64,000 bases of DNA from the human T2T-CHM13v2.0 reference genome, Homo sapiens, in NCBI RefSeq assembly GCF_009914755.1, contig NC_060942.1; one strand, given 5' to 3'. The notes beneath the pieces are model-generated. The model ran no database searches and was not told the origin of the DNA. It worked only from the letters and a program-made list of their open reading frames with translations. This document shows positions 25,401 to 40,100 of this stretch, piece after piece (the first letter of the stretch is position 1; each line of letters begins with the position of its first letter). A program made the position numbers and the translations under genes.

Positions 25401-28400
25401 CTCCCTTTCATAGAGCAGTCCTGAAACACTCCTTTTGTAGTATCTGGAACTGGACTTTTGGAGCGCTTTCAGGGCTAAGGTGAAAAAGGAAATATCTTCC
25501 CATAAAAACTGGACAGAAGCATTCTCAGAAACTTGTTTATGCTGTATCTACTCAACTAACAAAGTTGAACCTTTCTTTTGATAGAGCAGTTTTGAAATGC
25601 TCTTTTTGTGGAATCTGCAAGTGGATATTTGGCTAGTTTTGAGGATTTCGTTGGAAGCGGGAATTCATACAAATTGCAGACTGCAGCGTTCTGAGAAACA
25701 TCTTTGTGATGTTTGTATTCAGGACAGAGAGTTGAACATTCCCTATCATAGAGCAGGTTGGAATCACTCCTTTTGTAGTATCTGGAAGTGGACATTTGGA
25801 GCGCTTTCAGGCCTATGTTGAAAAAGGAAATATCTTCCCATAACAACTAGACACAAGCATTCTCAGAAACTTGTTTGTGATGTGTGCCCTCTACTGACAG
25901 AGTTGAACCTTTCTTTTCATAGAGCAGTTTTGAAACACTCTTTTTGTAGAATCTGCAAGAGGATATTTGCATAGCTTTGAGGATTTCGTGGGAAACGGGA
26001 TTGTCTTCAGGTAAAATCTAGACAGAAGCATTCTCAGAAACTTCTTTGGGATGTTTGCATTCAAGTCACAGAGTAGAACATTCCCTTTGGTAGAGCAGGT
26101 TTGAAACACTCTTTTTGTAGTATCTGGAAGTGGACATTTGGAGCGCTTTCAGGCCTATGTTGGAAAGGGAAATATCTTCCCGTAACAACTAGGCAGAAGC
26201 ATTCTCAGAAACTTATTTGAGATGTGTGTACTCAACTAAGAGAATTGAACCACCGTTTTGAAGGAGCAGTTTTGAAACACTCTTTTTCTGGAATCTGCAA
26301 GAGGATATTTGCCTAGCCTTGAGGATTTCGTTGGAAACGGGATTGTCTTCAGATCAAATCTAGACAGAAGCATTCTCAGAAACTTCTTTGGGATGTTTGC
26401 ATTCAAGTCACAGAGTAGAACATTCCCTTTGGTAGAGCAGGTTTGAAACACTCTTTTTTTAGTATATGGAAGTGGACATTTGGAGCGCTTTCAGGCCTAC
26501 GTTGGAAAAGGAAATATCTTCCCATAACAACTAGACAGAAGCATTCTCAGAAACTAGTTTCTGATGTGTGTCCTCAACTAACACAGTTGAACATTTCTTT
26601 AGACAGAACAGTTTTGAAACTCTCTTTTTGTGGAATCTGCAAGTGGCTATTTGGCTAGATTTGAGGATTTCGTTGGAAACGGGATTACATATAAAAAGCA
26701 GACAGCAGCATTCTCAGAAAGTTCTTTGTGATGATTGCATTCAAGTCACAGAATTGAACATTCCCTTTCACAGAGCAGGTTTGAAACACTCTTTTTATAG
26801 TGTGTGTAAGTGGACATTTGGAGCACTTTCCCGCCTAAGGTGAAAAAGGAAATATCTTCCCATAAAAACTAGACAGAAGCATTCTCAGAAACTTACTCGT
26901 GATGTGTGTCCTCAACTAAAGGAGTAGAACCTTTCTTTTCATAGAGAAGTTTTGAAACGCTCTTTTTGTGGAATCTGCAAGTGGATATTTGGCTAGTTTG
27001 GAGGATTTCGTTGGAAGCGGGAATTCATACAAATTGCAGACTGCAGCGTTCTGAGAAACATCTTTGTGATGTTTGTATTCAGGACACAGAGTTGAACATT
27101 CCCTATCATAGAGCAGGTTGGAATCACTCCTTTTGTAGTATCTGGAAGTGGACATTTGGAGCGCTTTCAGGCCTATGTTGGAAAAGGAAATATCTTCCCA
27201 TAACAACTAGACAGAAGCATTCTCAGAAACTTATTTGAGATGTGTGTACTCAACTAAGAGAATTGAACCACCGTTTTGAAGGAGCAGTTTTGAAACACTC
27301 TTTTTCTGGAATCTGCAAGTGGATATTTGGCTAGCTTTGGGGATTTCGCTGGAGGCGGGAATACATATAAAAAGCACACAGCAGCGTTCTGAGAAACTGC
27401 TTTCTGATGTTTGCATTCAAGTCAAAAGTTGAACACTCCCTTTCATAGAGCAGTCCTGAAACACTCCTTTTGTAGTATCTGGAACTGGACTTTTGGAGCG
27501 CTTTCAGGGCTAAGGTGAAAAAGGAAATATCTTCCCATAAAAACTGGACAGAAGCATTCTCAGAAACTTGTTTATGCTGTATCTACTCAACTAACAAAGT
27601 TGAACCTTTCTTTTGATAGAGCAGTTTTGAAATGCTCTTTTTGTGGAATCTGCAAGTGGATATTTGGCTAGTTTTGAGGATTTCGTTGGAAGCGGGAATT
27701 CATACAAATTGCAGACTGCAGCGTTCTGAGAAACATCTTTGTGATGTTTGTATTCAGGACAGAGAGTTGAACATTCCCTATCATAGAGCAGGTTGGAATC
27801 ACTCCTTTTGTAGTATCTGGAAGTGGACATTTGGAGCGCTTTCTGGCCTATGTTGAAAAAGGAAATATCTTCCCATAACAGCTAGACACAAGCATTCTCA
27901 GAAACTTGTTTGTGATGTGTGCCCTCTACTGACAGAGTTGAACCTTTCTTTTCATAGAGCAGTTTTGAAACACTCTTTTTGTAGAATCTGCAAGAGGATA
28001 TTTGCATAGCTTTGAGGATTTCGTGGGAAACGGGATTGTCTTCAGGTAAAATCTAGACAGAAGCATTCTCAGAAACTTCTTTGGGATGTTTGCATTCAAG
28101 TCACAGAGTAGAACATTCCCTTTGGTAGAGCAGGTTTGAAACACTCTTTTTGTAGTATCTGGAAGTGGACATTTGGAGCGCTTTCAGGCCTATGTTGGAA
28201 AGGGAAATATCTTCCGGTAACAACTAGGCAGAAGCATTCTCAGAAACTTATTTGAGATGTGTGTACTCAACTAAGAGAATTGAACCACCGTTTTGAAGGA
28301 GCAGTTTTGAAACACTCTTTTTCTGGAATCTGCAAGAGGATATTTGCCTAGCTTTGAGGATTTCGTTGGAAACGGGATTGTGTTCAGATCAAATCTAGAC

Positions 28401-28576
28401 AGAAGCATTCTCAGAAACTTCTTTGGGATGTTTGCATTCAAGTCACAGAGTAGAACATTCCCTTTGGTAGAGCAGGTGTGAAACACTCTTTTTTTAGTAT
28501 ATGGAAGTGGACATTTGGAGCGCTTTCAGGCCTACGTTGGAAAACGAAATATCTTCCCATAACAACTAGACAGAAG
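22473..28576 (+). repeat. Three 12-mer HORs (22473, 24507, 26542)
   Basis: Spacing 2034, 2035 and 2035 bp. Confidence 0.92.
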
Positions 28577-31286
28577 CATTCTCAGAAACTAGTTTCTGAT
28601 GTGTGTCCTCAACTAACACAGTTGAACATTTCTTTAGACAGAACAGTTTTGAAACTCTCTTTTTGTGGAATCTGCAAGTGGCTATTTGGCTAGATTTGAG
28701 GATTTCGTTGGAAACGGGATTACATATAAAAAGCAGACAGCATCATTCTCAGAAAGTTCTTTGTGATGATTGCATTCAAGTCACAGAATTGAACATTCCC
28801 TTTCACAGAGCAGGTTTGAAACACTCTTTTTGTAGTGTGTGTAAGTGGACATTTGGAGCACTTTCCGGCCTAAGGTGAGAAAGGAAATATCTTCCCATAA
28901 AAACTAGACAGAAGCATTCTCAGAAACTTACTCGTGATGTGTGTCCTCAACTAAAGGAGTAGAACCTTTCTTTCATAGAGAAGTTTTGAAACGCTCTTTT
29001 TGTGGAATCTGCAAGTGGATATTTGGCTAGTTTGGAGGATTTCGTTGGAAGCGGGAATTCATACAAATTGCAGACTGCAGCGTTCTGAGAAACATCTTTG
29101 TGATGTTTGTATTCAGGACACAGAGTTGAACATTCCCTATCATAGAGCAGGTTGGAATCACTCCTTTTGTAGTATCTGGAAGTGGACATTTGGAGCGCTT
29201 TCAGGCCTACGTTGGAAAAGGAAATATCTTCCCATAACAACTAGACAGAAGCATTCTCAGAAACTAGTTTCTGATGTGTGTCCTCAACTAACACAGTTGA
29301 ACATTTCTTTAGACAGAACAGTTTTGAAACACTCTTTTTGTGGAATCTGCAAGTGGCTATTTGGCTAGATTTGAGGATTTCGTTGGAAACGGGATTACAT
29401 ATAAAAAGCAGACAGCAGCATTCTCAGAAAGTTCTTTGTGATGATTGCATTCAAGTCACAGAATTGAACATTCCCTTTCACAGAGCAGGTTTGAAACACT
29501 CTTTTTGTAGTGTGTGTAAGTGGACATTTGGAGCACTTTCCGGCCTAAGGTGAAAAAGGAAATATCTTCCCATAAAAACTAGACAGAAGCAATCTCAGAA
29601 ACTTACTCGTGATGTGTGTCCTCAACTAAAGGAGTAGAACCTTTCTTTTCATAGAGAAGTTTTGAAACGCTCTTTTTGTGGAATCTGCAAGTGGATATTT
29701 GGCTAGTTTGGAGGATTTCGTTGGAAGCGGGAATTCATACAAATTGCAGACTGCAGCGTTCTGAGAAACATCTTTGTGATGTTTGTATTCAGGACACAGA
29801 GTTGAACATTCCCTATCATAGAGCAGGTTTGAATCACTCCTTTTGTAGTATCTGGAAGTGGACATTTGGAGCGCTTTCAGGCCTATGTTGGAAAAGGAAA
29901 TATCTTCCCATAACAACTAGACAGAAGCATTCTCAGAAACTTATTTGAGATGTGTGTACTCAACTAAGAGAATTGAACCACCGTTTTGAAGGAGCAGTTT
30001 TGAAACACTCTTTTTCTGGAATCTGCAAGTGGATATTTGGCTAGCTTTGGGGATTTCGCTGCAAGCGGGAATACATATAAAAAGCACACAGCAGCGTTCT
30101 GAGAAACTGCTTTCTGATGTTTGCATTCAAGTCAAAAGTTGAACACTCCCTTTCATAGTGCAGTCCTGAAACACTCCTTTTGTAGTATCTGGAACTGTAC
30201 TTTTGGAGCGCTTTCAGGGCTAAGGTGAAAAAGGAAATATCTTCCCATAAAAACTGGACAGAAGCATTCTCAGAAACTTGTTTATGCTGTATCTACTCAA
30301 CTAACAAAGTTGAACCTTTCTTTTGATAGAGCAGTTTTGAAATGCTCTTTTTGTGGAATCTGCAAGTGGATATTTGGCTAGTTTTGAGGATTTCGTTGGA
30401 AGCGGGAATTCATACAAATTGCAGACTGCAGCGTTCTGAGAAACATCTTTGTGATGTTTGTATTCAGGACAGAGAGTTGAACATTCCCTATCATAGAGCA
30501 GGTTGGAATCACTCCTTTTGTAGTATCTGGAAGTGGACATTTGGAGCGCTTTCAGGCCTATGTTGAAAAAGGAAATATTTTCCCATAACAACTAGACACA
30601 AGCATTCTCAGAAACTTGTTTGTGATGTGTGCCATCTACTGACAGAGTTGAACCTTTCTTTTCATAGAGCAGTTTTGAAACACTCTTTTTGTAGAATCTG
30701 CAAGAGGATATTTGCATAGCTTTGAGGATTTCGTGGGAAACGGGATTGTCTTCAGGTAAAATCTAGACAGAAGCATTCTCAGAAACTTCTTTGAGAGGTT
30801 TGCATTCAAGTCACAGAGTAGAACATTCCCTTTGGTAGAGCAGGTTTGAAACACTCTTTTTGTAGTATCTGGAAGTGGACATTTGGAGCGCTTTCAGGCC
30901 TATGTTGGAAAGGGAAATATCTTCCCGTAACAACTAGGCAGAAGCATTCTCAGAAACTTATTTGAGATGTGTGTACTCAACTAAGAGAATTGAACCACCG
31001 TTTTGAAGGAGCAGTTTTGAAACACTCTTTTTCTGGAATCTGCAAGAGGATATTTGCCTAGCCTTGAGGATTTCGTTGGAAACGGGATTGTCTTCAGATC
31101 AAATCTAGACAGAAGCATTCTCAGAAACTTCTTTGGGATGTTTGCATTCAAGTCACAGAGTAGAACATTCCCTTTGGTAGAGCAGGTTTGAAACACTCTT
31201 TTTTTAGTATATGGAAGTGGACATTTGGAGCGCTTTCAGGCCTACGTTGGAAAAGGAAATATCTTCCCATAACAACTAGACAGAAG
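28577..31286 (+). repeat. 16-mer HOR variant type 1
   Basis: A at 28577 and 29252. Confidence 0.93.
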
Positions 31287-34200
31287 CATTCTCAGAAACT
31301 AGTTTCTGATGTGTGTCCTCAACTAACACAGTTGAACATTTCTTTAGACAGAACAGTTTTGAAACTCTCTTTTTGTGGAATCTGCAAGTGGCTATTTGGC
31401 TAGATTTGAGGATTTCGTTGGAAACGGGATTACATATAAAAAGCAGACAGCAGCATTCTCAGAAAGTTCTTTGTGATGATTGCATTCAAGTCACAGAATT
31501 GAACATTCCCTTTCACAGAGCAGGTTTGAAACACTCTTTTTATAGTGTGTGTAAGTGGACATTTGGAGCACTTTCCGGCCTAAGGTGAAAAAGGAAATAT
31601 CTTCCCATAAAAACTAGACAGAAGCATTCTCAGAAACTTACTCGTGATGTGTGTCCTCAACTAAAGGAGTAGAACCTTTCTTTTCATAGAGAAGTTTTGA
31701 AACGCTCTTTTTGTGGAATCTGCAAGTGGATATTTGGCTAGTTTGGAGGATTTCGTTGGAAGCGGGAATTCATACAAATTGCAGACTGCAGCGTTCTGAG
31801 AAACATCTTTGTGATGTTTGTATTCAGGACACAGAGTTGAACATTCCCTATCATAGAGCAGGTTGGAATCACTCCTTTTGTAGTATCTGGAAGTGGACAT
31901 TTGGAGCGCTTTCAGGCCTATGTTGGAAAAGGAAATATCTTCCCATAACAACTAGACAGAAGCATTCTCAGAAACTTATTTGAGATGTGTGTACTCAACT
32001 AAGAGAATTGAACCACCGTTTTGAAGGAGCAGTTTTGAAACACTCTTTTTCTGGAATCTGCAAGTGGATATTTGGCTAGCTTTGGGGATTTCGCTGGAGG
32101 CGGGAATACATATAAAAAGCACACAGCAGCGTTCTGAGAAACTGCTTTCTGATGTTTGCATTCAAGTCAAAAGTTGAACACTCCCTTTCATAGTGCAGTC
32201 TGAAACACTCCTTTTGTAGTATCTGGAACTGGACTTTTGGAGCGCTTTCAGGGCTAAGGTGAAAAAGGAAATATCTTCCCATAAAAACTGGACAGAAGCA
32301 TTCTCAGAAACTTGTTTATGCTGTATCTACTCAACTAACAAAGTTGAACCTTTCTTTTGATAGAGCAGTTTTGAAATGCTCTTTTTGTGGAATCTGCAAG
32401 TGGATATTTGGCTAGTTTTGAGGATTTCGTTGGAAGCGGGAATTCATACAAATTGCAGACTGCAGCGTTCTGAGAAACATCTTTGTGATGTTTGTATTCA
32501 GGACAGAGAGTTGAACATTCCCTATCATAGAGCAGGTTGGAATCACTCCTTTTGTAGTATCTGGAAGTGGACATTTGGAGCGCTTTCAGGCCTATGTTGA
32601 AAAAGGAAATATCTTCCCATAACAACTAGACACAAGCATTCTCAGAAACTTGTTTGTGATGTGTGCCCTCTACTGACAGAGTTGAACCTTTCTTTTCATA
32701 GAGCAGTTTTGAAACACTCTTTTTGTAGAATCTGCAAGAGGATATTTGCATAGCTTTGAGGATTTCGTGGGAAACGGGATTGTCTTCAGGTAAAATCTAG
32801 ACAGAAGCATTCTCAGAAACTTCTTTGGGATGTTTGCATTCAAGTCACAGAGTAGAACATTCCCTTTGGTAGAGCAGGTTTGAAACACTCTTTTTGTAGT
32901 ATCTGGAAGTGGACATTTGGAGCGCTTTCAGGCCTATGTTGGAAAGGGAAATATCTTCCGGTAACAACTAGGCAGAAGCATTCTCAGAAACTTATTTGAG
33001 ATGTGTGTACTCAACTAAGAGAATTGAACCACCGTTTTGAAGGAGCAGTTTTGAAACACTCTTTTTCTGGAATCTGCAAGAGGATATTTGCCTAGCCTTG
33101 AGGATTTCGTTGGAAACGGGATTGTCTTCAGATCAAATCTAGACAGAAGCATTCTCAGAAACTTCTTTGGGATGTTTGCATTCAAGTCACAGAGTAGAAC
33201 ATTCCCTTTGGTAGAGCAGGTTTGAAACACTCTTTTTTTAGTATATGGAAGTGGACATTTGGAGCGCTTTCAGGCCTACGTTGGAAAAGGAAATATCTTC
33301 CCATAACAACTAGACAGAAGCATTCTCAGAAACTAGTTTCTGATGTGTGTCCTCAACTAACACAGTTGAACATTTCTTTAGACAGAACAGTTTTGAAACT
33401 CTCTTTTTGTGGAATCTGCAAGTGGCTATTTGGCTAGATTTGAGGATTTCGTTGGAAACGGGATTACATATAAAAAGCAGACAACAGCATTCTCAGAAAG
33501 TTCTTTGTGATGATTGCATTCAAGTCACAGAATTGAACATTCCCTTTCACAGAGCAGGTTTGAAACACTCTTTTTATAGTGTGTGTAAGTGGACATTTGG
33601 AGCACTTTCCGGCCTAAGGTGAAAAAGGAAATATCTTCCCATAAAAACTAGACAGAAGCATTCTCAGAAACTTACTCGTGATGTGTGTCCTCAACTAAAG
33701 GAGTAGAACCTTTCTTTTCATAGAGAAGTTTTGAAACGCTCTTTTTGTGGAATCTGCAAGTGGATATTTGGCTAGTTTGGAGGATTTCGTTGGAAGCGGG
33801 AATTCATACAAATTGCAGACTGCAGCGTTCTGAGAAACATCTTTGTGATGTTTGTATTCAGGACACAGAGTTGAACATTCCCTATCATAGAGCAGGTTGG
33901 AATCACTCCTTTTGTAGTATCTGGAAGTGGACATTTGGAGCGCTTTCAGGCCTATGTTGGAAAAGGAAATATCTTCCCATAACAACTAGACAGAAGCATT
34001 CTCAGAAACTTATTTGAGATGTGTGTACTCAACTAAGAGAATTGAACCACCGTTTTGAAGGAGCAGTTTTGAAACACTCTTTTTCTGGAATCTGCAAGTG
34101 GATATTTGGCTAGCTTTGGGGATTTCGCTGGAGGCGGGAATACATATAAAAAGCACACAGCAGCGTTCTGAGAAACTGCTTTCTGATGTTTGCATTCAAG

Positions 34201-37200
34201 TCAAAAGTTGAACACTCCCTTTCATAGAGCAGTCCTGAAACACTCCTTTTGTAGTATCTGGAACTGGACTTTTGGAGCGCTTTCAGGGCTAAGGTGAAAA
34301 AGGAAATATCTTCCCATAAAAACTGGACAGAAGCATTCTCAGAAACTTGTTTATGCTGTATCTACTCAACTAAGAAAGTTGAACCTTTCTTTTGATAGAG
34401 CAGTTTTGAAATGCTCTTTTTGTGGAATCTGCAAGTGGATATTTGGCTAGTTTTGAGGATTTCGTTGGAAGCGGGAATTCATACAAATTGCAGACTGCAG
34501 CGTTCTGAGAAACATCTTTGTGATGTTTGTATTCAGGACAGAGAGTTGAACATTCCCTATCATAGAGCAGGTTGGAATCACTCCTTTTGTAGTATCTGGA
34601 AGTGGACATTTGGAGCGCTTTCAGGCCTATGTTGAAAAAGGAAATATCTTCCCATAACAACTAGACACAAGCATTCTCAGAAACTTGTTTGTGATGTGTG
34701 CCCTCTACTGACAGAGTTGAACCTTTCTTTTCATAGAGCAGTTTTGAAACACTCTTTTTGTAGAATCTGCAAGAGGATATTTGCATAGCTTTGAGGATTT
34801 CGTGGGAAACGGGATTGTCTTCAGGTAAAATCTAGACAGAAGCATTCTCAGAAACTTCTTTGGGATGTTTGCATTCAAGTCACAGAGTAGAACATTCCCT
34901 TTGGTAGAGCAGGTTTGAAACACTCTTTTTGTAGTATCTGGAAGTGGACATTTGGAGCGCTTTCAGGCCTATGTTGGAAAGGGAAATATCTTCCCGTAAC
35001 AACTAGGCAGAAGCATTCTCAGAAACTTATTTGAGATGTGTGTACTCAACTAAGAGAATTGAACCACCGTTTTGAAGGAGCAGTTTTGAAACACTCTTTT
35101 TCTGGAATCTGCAAGAGGATATTTGCCTAGCCTTGAGGATTTCGTTGGAAACGGGATTGTCTTCAGATCAAATCTAGACAGAAGCATTCTCAGAAACTTC
35201 TTTGGGATGTTTGCATTCAAGTCACAGAGTAGAACATTCCCTTTGGTAGAGCAGGTTTGAAACACTCTTTTTTTAGTATATGGAAGTGGACATTTGGAGC
35301 GCTTTCAGGCCTACGTTGGAAAAGGAAATATCTTCCCATAACAACTAGACAGAAGCATTCTCAGAAACTAGTTTCTGATGTGTGTCCTCAACTAACACAG
35401 TTGAACATTTCTTTAGACAGAACAGTTTTGAAACTCTCTTTTTGTGGAATCTGCAAGTGGCTATTTGGCTAGATTTGAGGATTTCGTTGGAAACGGGATT
35501 ACATATAAAAAGCAGACAGCAGCATTCTCAGAAAGTTCTTTGTGATGATTGCATTCAAGTCACAGAATTGAACATTCCCTTTCACAGAGCAGGTTTGAAA
35601 CACTCTTTTTATAGTGTGTGTAAGTGGACATTTGGAGCACTTTCCCGCCTAAGGTGAAAAAGGAAATATCTTCCCATAAAAACTAGACAGAAGCATTCTC
35701 AGAAACTTACTCGTGATGTGTGTCCTCAACTAAAGGAGTAGAACCTTTCTTTTCATAGAGAAGTTTTGAAACGCTCTTTTTGTGGAATCTGCAAGTGGAT
35801 ATTTGGCTAGTTTGGAGGATTTCGTTGGAAGCGGGAATTCATACAAATTGCAGACTGCAGCGTTCTGAGAAACATCTTTGTGATGTTTGTATTCAGGACA
35901 CAGAGTTGAACATTCCCTATCATAGAGCAGGTTGGAATCACTCCTTTTGTAGTATCTGGAAGTGGACATTTGGAGCGCTTTCAGGCCTATGTTGGAAAAG
36001 GAAATATCTTCCCATAACAACTAGACAGAAGCATTCTCAGAAACTTATTTGAGATGTGTGTACTCAACTAAGAGAATTGAACCACCGTTTTGAAGGAGCA
36101 GTTTTGAAACACTCTTTTTCTGGAATCTGCAAGTGGATATTTGGCTAGCTTTGGGGATTTCGCTGGAGGCGGGAATACATATAAAAAGCACACAGCAGCG
36201 TTCTGAGAAACTGCTTTCTGATGTTTGCATTCAAGTCAAAAGTTGAACACTCCCTTTCATAGAGCAGTCCTGAAACACTCCTTTTGTAGTATCTGGAACT
36301 GGACTTTTGGAGCGCTTTCAGGGCTAAGGTGAAAAAGGAAATATCTTCCCATAAAAACTGGACAGAAGCATTCTCAGAAACTTGTTTATGCTGTATCTAC
36401 TCAACTAACAAAGTTGAACCTTTCTTTTGATAGAGCAGTTTTGAAATGCTCTTTTTGTGGAATCTGCAAGTGGATATTTGGCTAGTTTTGAGGATTTCGT
36501 TGGAAGCGGGAATTCATACAAATTGCAGACTGCAGCGTTCTGAGAAACATCTTTGTGATGTTTGTATTCAGGACAGAGAGTTGAACATTCCCTATCATAG
36601 AGCAGGTTGGAATCACTCCTTTTGTAGTATCTGGAAGTGGACATTTGGAGCGCTTTCTGGCCTATGTTGAAAAAGGAAATATCTTCCCATAACAGCTAGA
36701 CACAAGCATTCTCAGAAACTTGTTTGTGATGTGTGCCCTCTACTGACAGAGTTGAACCTTTCTTTTCATAGAGCAGTTTTGAAACACTCTTTTTGTAGAA
36801 TCTGCAAGAGGATATTTGCATAGCTTTGAGGATTTCGTGGGAAACGGGATTGTCTTCAGGTAAAATCTAGACAGAAGCATTCTCAGAAACTTCTTTGGGA
36901 TGTTTGCATTCAAGTCACAGAGTAGAACATTCCCTTTGGTAGAGCAGGTTTGAAACACTCTTTTTGTAGTATCTGGAAGTGGACATTTGGAGCGCTTTCA
37001 GGCCTATGTTGGAAAGGGAAATATCTTCCGGTAACAACTAGGCAGAAGCATTCTCAGAAACTTATTTGAGATGTGTGTACTCAACTAAGAGAATTGAACC
37101 ACCGTTTTGAAGGAGCAGTTTTGAAACACTCTTTTTCTGGAATCTGCAAGAGGATATTTGCCTAGCTTTGAGGATTTCGTTGGAAACGGGATTGTGTTCA

Positions 37201-37390
37201 GATCAAATCTAGACAGAAGCATTCTCAGAAACTTCTTTGGGATGTTTGCATTCAAGTCACAGAGTAGAACATTCCCTTTGGTAGAGCAGGTGTGAAACAC
37301 TCTTTTTTTAGTATATGGAAGTGGACATTTGGAGCGCTTTCAGGCCTACGTTGGAAAAGGAAATATCTTCCCATAACAACTAGACAGAAG
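31287..37390 (+). repeat. Three 12-mer HORs (31287, 33321, 35356)
   Basis: Spacing 2034, 2035 and 2035 bp. Confidence 0.92.
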
Positions 37391-40100
37391 CATTCTCAGA
37401 AACTAGTTTCTGATGTGTGTCCTCAACTAACACAGTTGAACATTTCTTTAGACAGAACAGTTTTGAAACTCTCTTTTTGTGGAATCTGCAAGTGGCTATT
37501 TGGCTAGATTTGAGGATTTCGTTGGAAACGGGATTACATATAAAAAGCAGACAGCAGCATTCTCAGAAAGTTCTTTGTGATGATTGCATTCAAGTCACAG
37601 AATTGAACATTCCCTTTCACAGAGCAGGTTTGAAACACTCTTTTTGTAGTGTGTGTAAGTGGACATTTGGAGCACTTTCCGGCCTAAGGTGAGAAAGGAA
37701 ATATCTTCCCATAAAAACTAGACAGAAGCATTCTCAGAAACTTACTCGTGATGTGTGTCCTCAACTAAAGGAGTAGAACCTTTCTTTCATAGAGAAGTTT
37801 TGAAACGCTCTTTTTGTGGAATCTGCAAGTGGATATTTGGCTAGTTTGGAGGATTTCGTTGGAAGCGGGAATTCATACAAATTGCAGACTGCAGCGTTCT
37901 GAGAAACATCTTTGTGATGTTTGTATTCAGGACACAGAGTTGAACATTCCCTATCATAGAGCAGGTTGGAATCACTCCTTTTGTAGTATCTGGAAGTGGA
38001 CATTTGGAGCGCTTTCAGGCCTACGTTGGAAAAGGAAATATCTTCCCATAACAACTAGACAGAAGCATTCTCAGAAACTAGTTTCTGATGTGTGTCCTCA
38101 ACTAACACAGTTGAACATTTCTTTAGACAGAACAGTTTTGAAACACTCTTTTTGTGGAATCTGCAAGTGGCTATTTGGCTAGATTTGAGGATTTCGTTGG
38201 AAACGGGATTACATATAAAAAGCAGACAGCAGCATTCTCAGAAAGTTCTTTGTGATGATTGCATTCAAGTCACAGAATTGAACATTCCCTTTCACAGAGC
38301 AGGTTTGAAACACTCTTTTTGTAGTGTGTGTAAGTGGACATTTGGAGCACTTTCCGGCCTAAGGTGAAAAAGGAAATATCTTCCCATAAAAACTAGACAG
38401 AAGCACTCTCAGAAACTTACTCGTGATGTGTGTCCTCAACTAAAGGAGTAGAACCTTTCTTTTCATAGAGAAGTTTTGAAACGCTCTTTTTGTGGAATCT
38501 GCAAGTGGATATTTGGCTAGTTTGGAGGATTTCGTTGGAAGCGGGAATTCATACAAATTGCAGACTGCAGCGTTCTGAGAAACATCTTTGTGATGTTTGT
38601 ATTCAGGACACAGAGTTGAACATTCCCTATCATAGAGCAGGTTTGAATCACTCCTTTTGTAGTATCTGGAAGTGGACATTTGGAGCGCTTTCAGGCCTAT
38701 GTTGGAAAAGGAAATATCTTCCCATAACAACTAGACAGAAGCATTCTCAGAAACTTATTTGAGATGTGTGTACTCAACTAAGAGAATTGAACCACCGTTT
38801 TGAAGGAGCAGTTTTGAAACACTCTTTTCCTGGAATCTGCAAGTGGATATTTGGCTAGCTTTGGGGATTTCGCTGGAAGCGGGAATACATATAAAAAGCA
38901 CACAGCAGCGTTCTGAGAAACTGCTTTCTGATGTTTGCATTCAAGTCAAAAGTTGAACACTCCCTTTCATAGAGCAGTCCTGAAACACTCCTTTTGTAGT
39001 ATCTGGAACTGGACTTTTGGAGCGCTTTCAGGGCTAAGGTGAAAAAGGAAATATCTTCCCATAAAAACTGGACAGAAGCATTCTCAGAAACTTGTTTATG
39101 CTGTATCTACTCAACTAACAAAGTTGAACCTTTCTTTTGATAGAGCAGTTTTGAAATGCTCTTTTTGTGGAATCTGCAAGTGGATATTTGGCTAGTTTTG
39201 AGGATTTCGTTGGAAGCGGGAATTCATACAAATTGCAGACTGCAGCGTTCTGAGAAACATCTTTGTGATGTTTGTATTCAGGACAGAGAGTTGAACATTC
39301 CCTATCATAGAGCAGGTTGGAATCACTCCTTTTGTAGTATCTGGAAGTGGACATTTGGAGCGCTTTCAGGCCTATGTTGAAAAAGGAAATATCTTCCCAT
39401 AACAACTAGACACAAGCATTCTCAGAAACTTGTTTGTGATGTGTGCCCTCTACTGACAGAGTTGAACCTTTCTTTTCATAGAGCAGTTTTGAAACACTCT
39501 TTTTGTAGAATCTGCAAGAGGATATTTGCATAGCTTTGAGGATTTCGTGGGAAACGGGATTGTCTTCAGGTAAAATCTAGACAGAAGCATTCTCAGAAAC
39601 TTCTTTGGGATGTTTGCATTCAAGTCACAGAGTAGAACATTCCCTTTGGTAGAGCAGGTTTGAAACACTCTTTTTGTAGTATCTGGAAGTGGACATTTGG
39701 AGCGCTTTCAGGCCTATGTTGGAAAGGGAAATATCTTCCCGTAACAACTAGGCAGAAGCATTCTCAGAAACTTATTTGAGATGTGTGTACTCAACTAAGA
39801 GAATTGAACCACCGTTTTGAAGGAGCAGTTTTGAAACACTCTTTTTCTGGAATCTGCAAGAGGATATTTGCCTAGCCTTGAGGATTTCGTTGGAAACGGG
39901 ATTGTCTTCAGATCAAATCTAGACAGAAGCATTCTCAGAAACTTCTTTGGGATGTTTGCATTCAAGTCACAGAGTAGAACATTCCCTTTGGTAGAGCAGG
40001 TTTGAAACACTCTTTTTTTAGTATATGGAAGTGGACATTTGGAGCGCTTTCAGGCCTACGTTGGAAAAGGAAATATCTTCCCATAACAACTAGACAGAAG
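37391..40100 (+). repeat. 16-mer HOR variant type 1
   Basis: A at 37391 and 38066. Confidence 0.93.
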
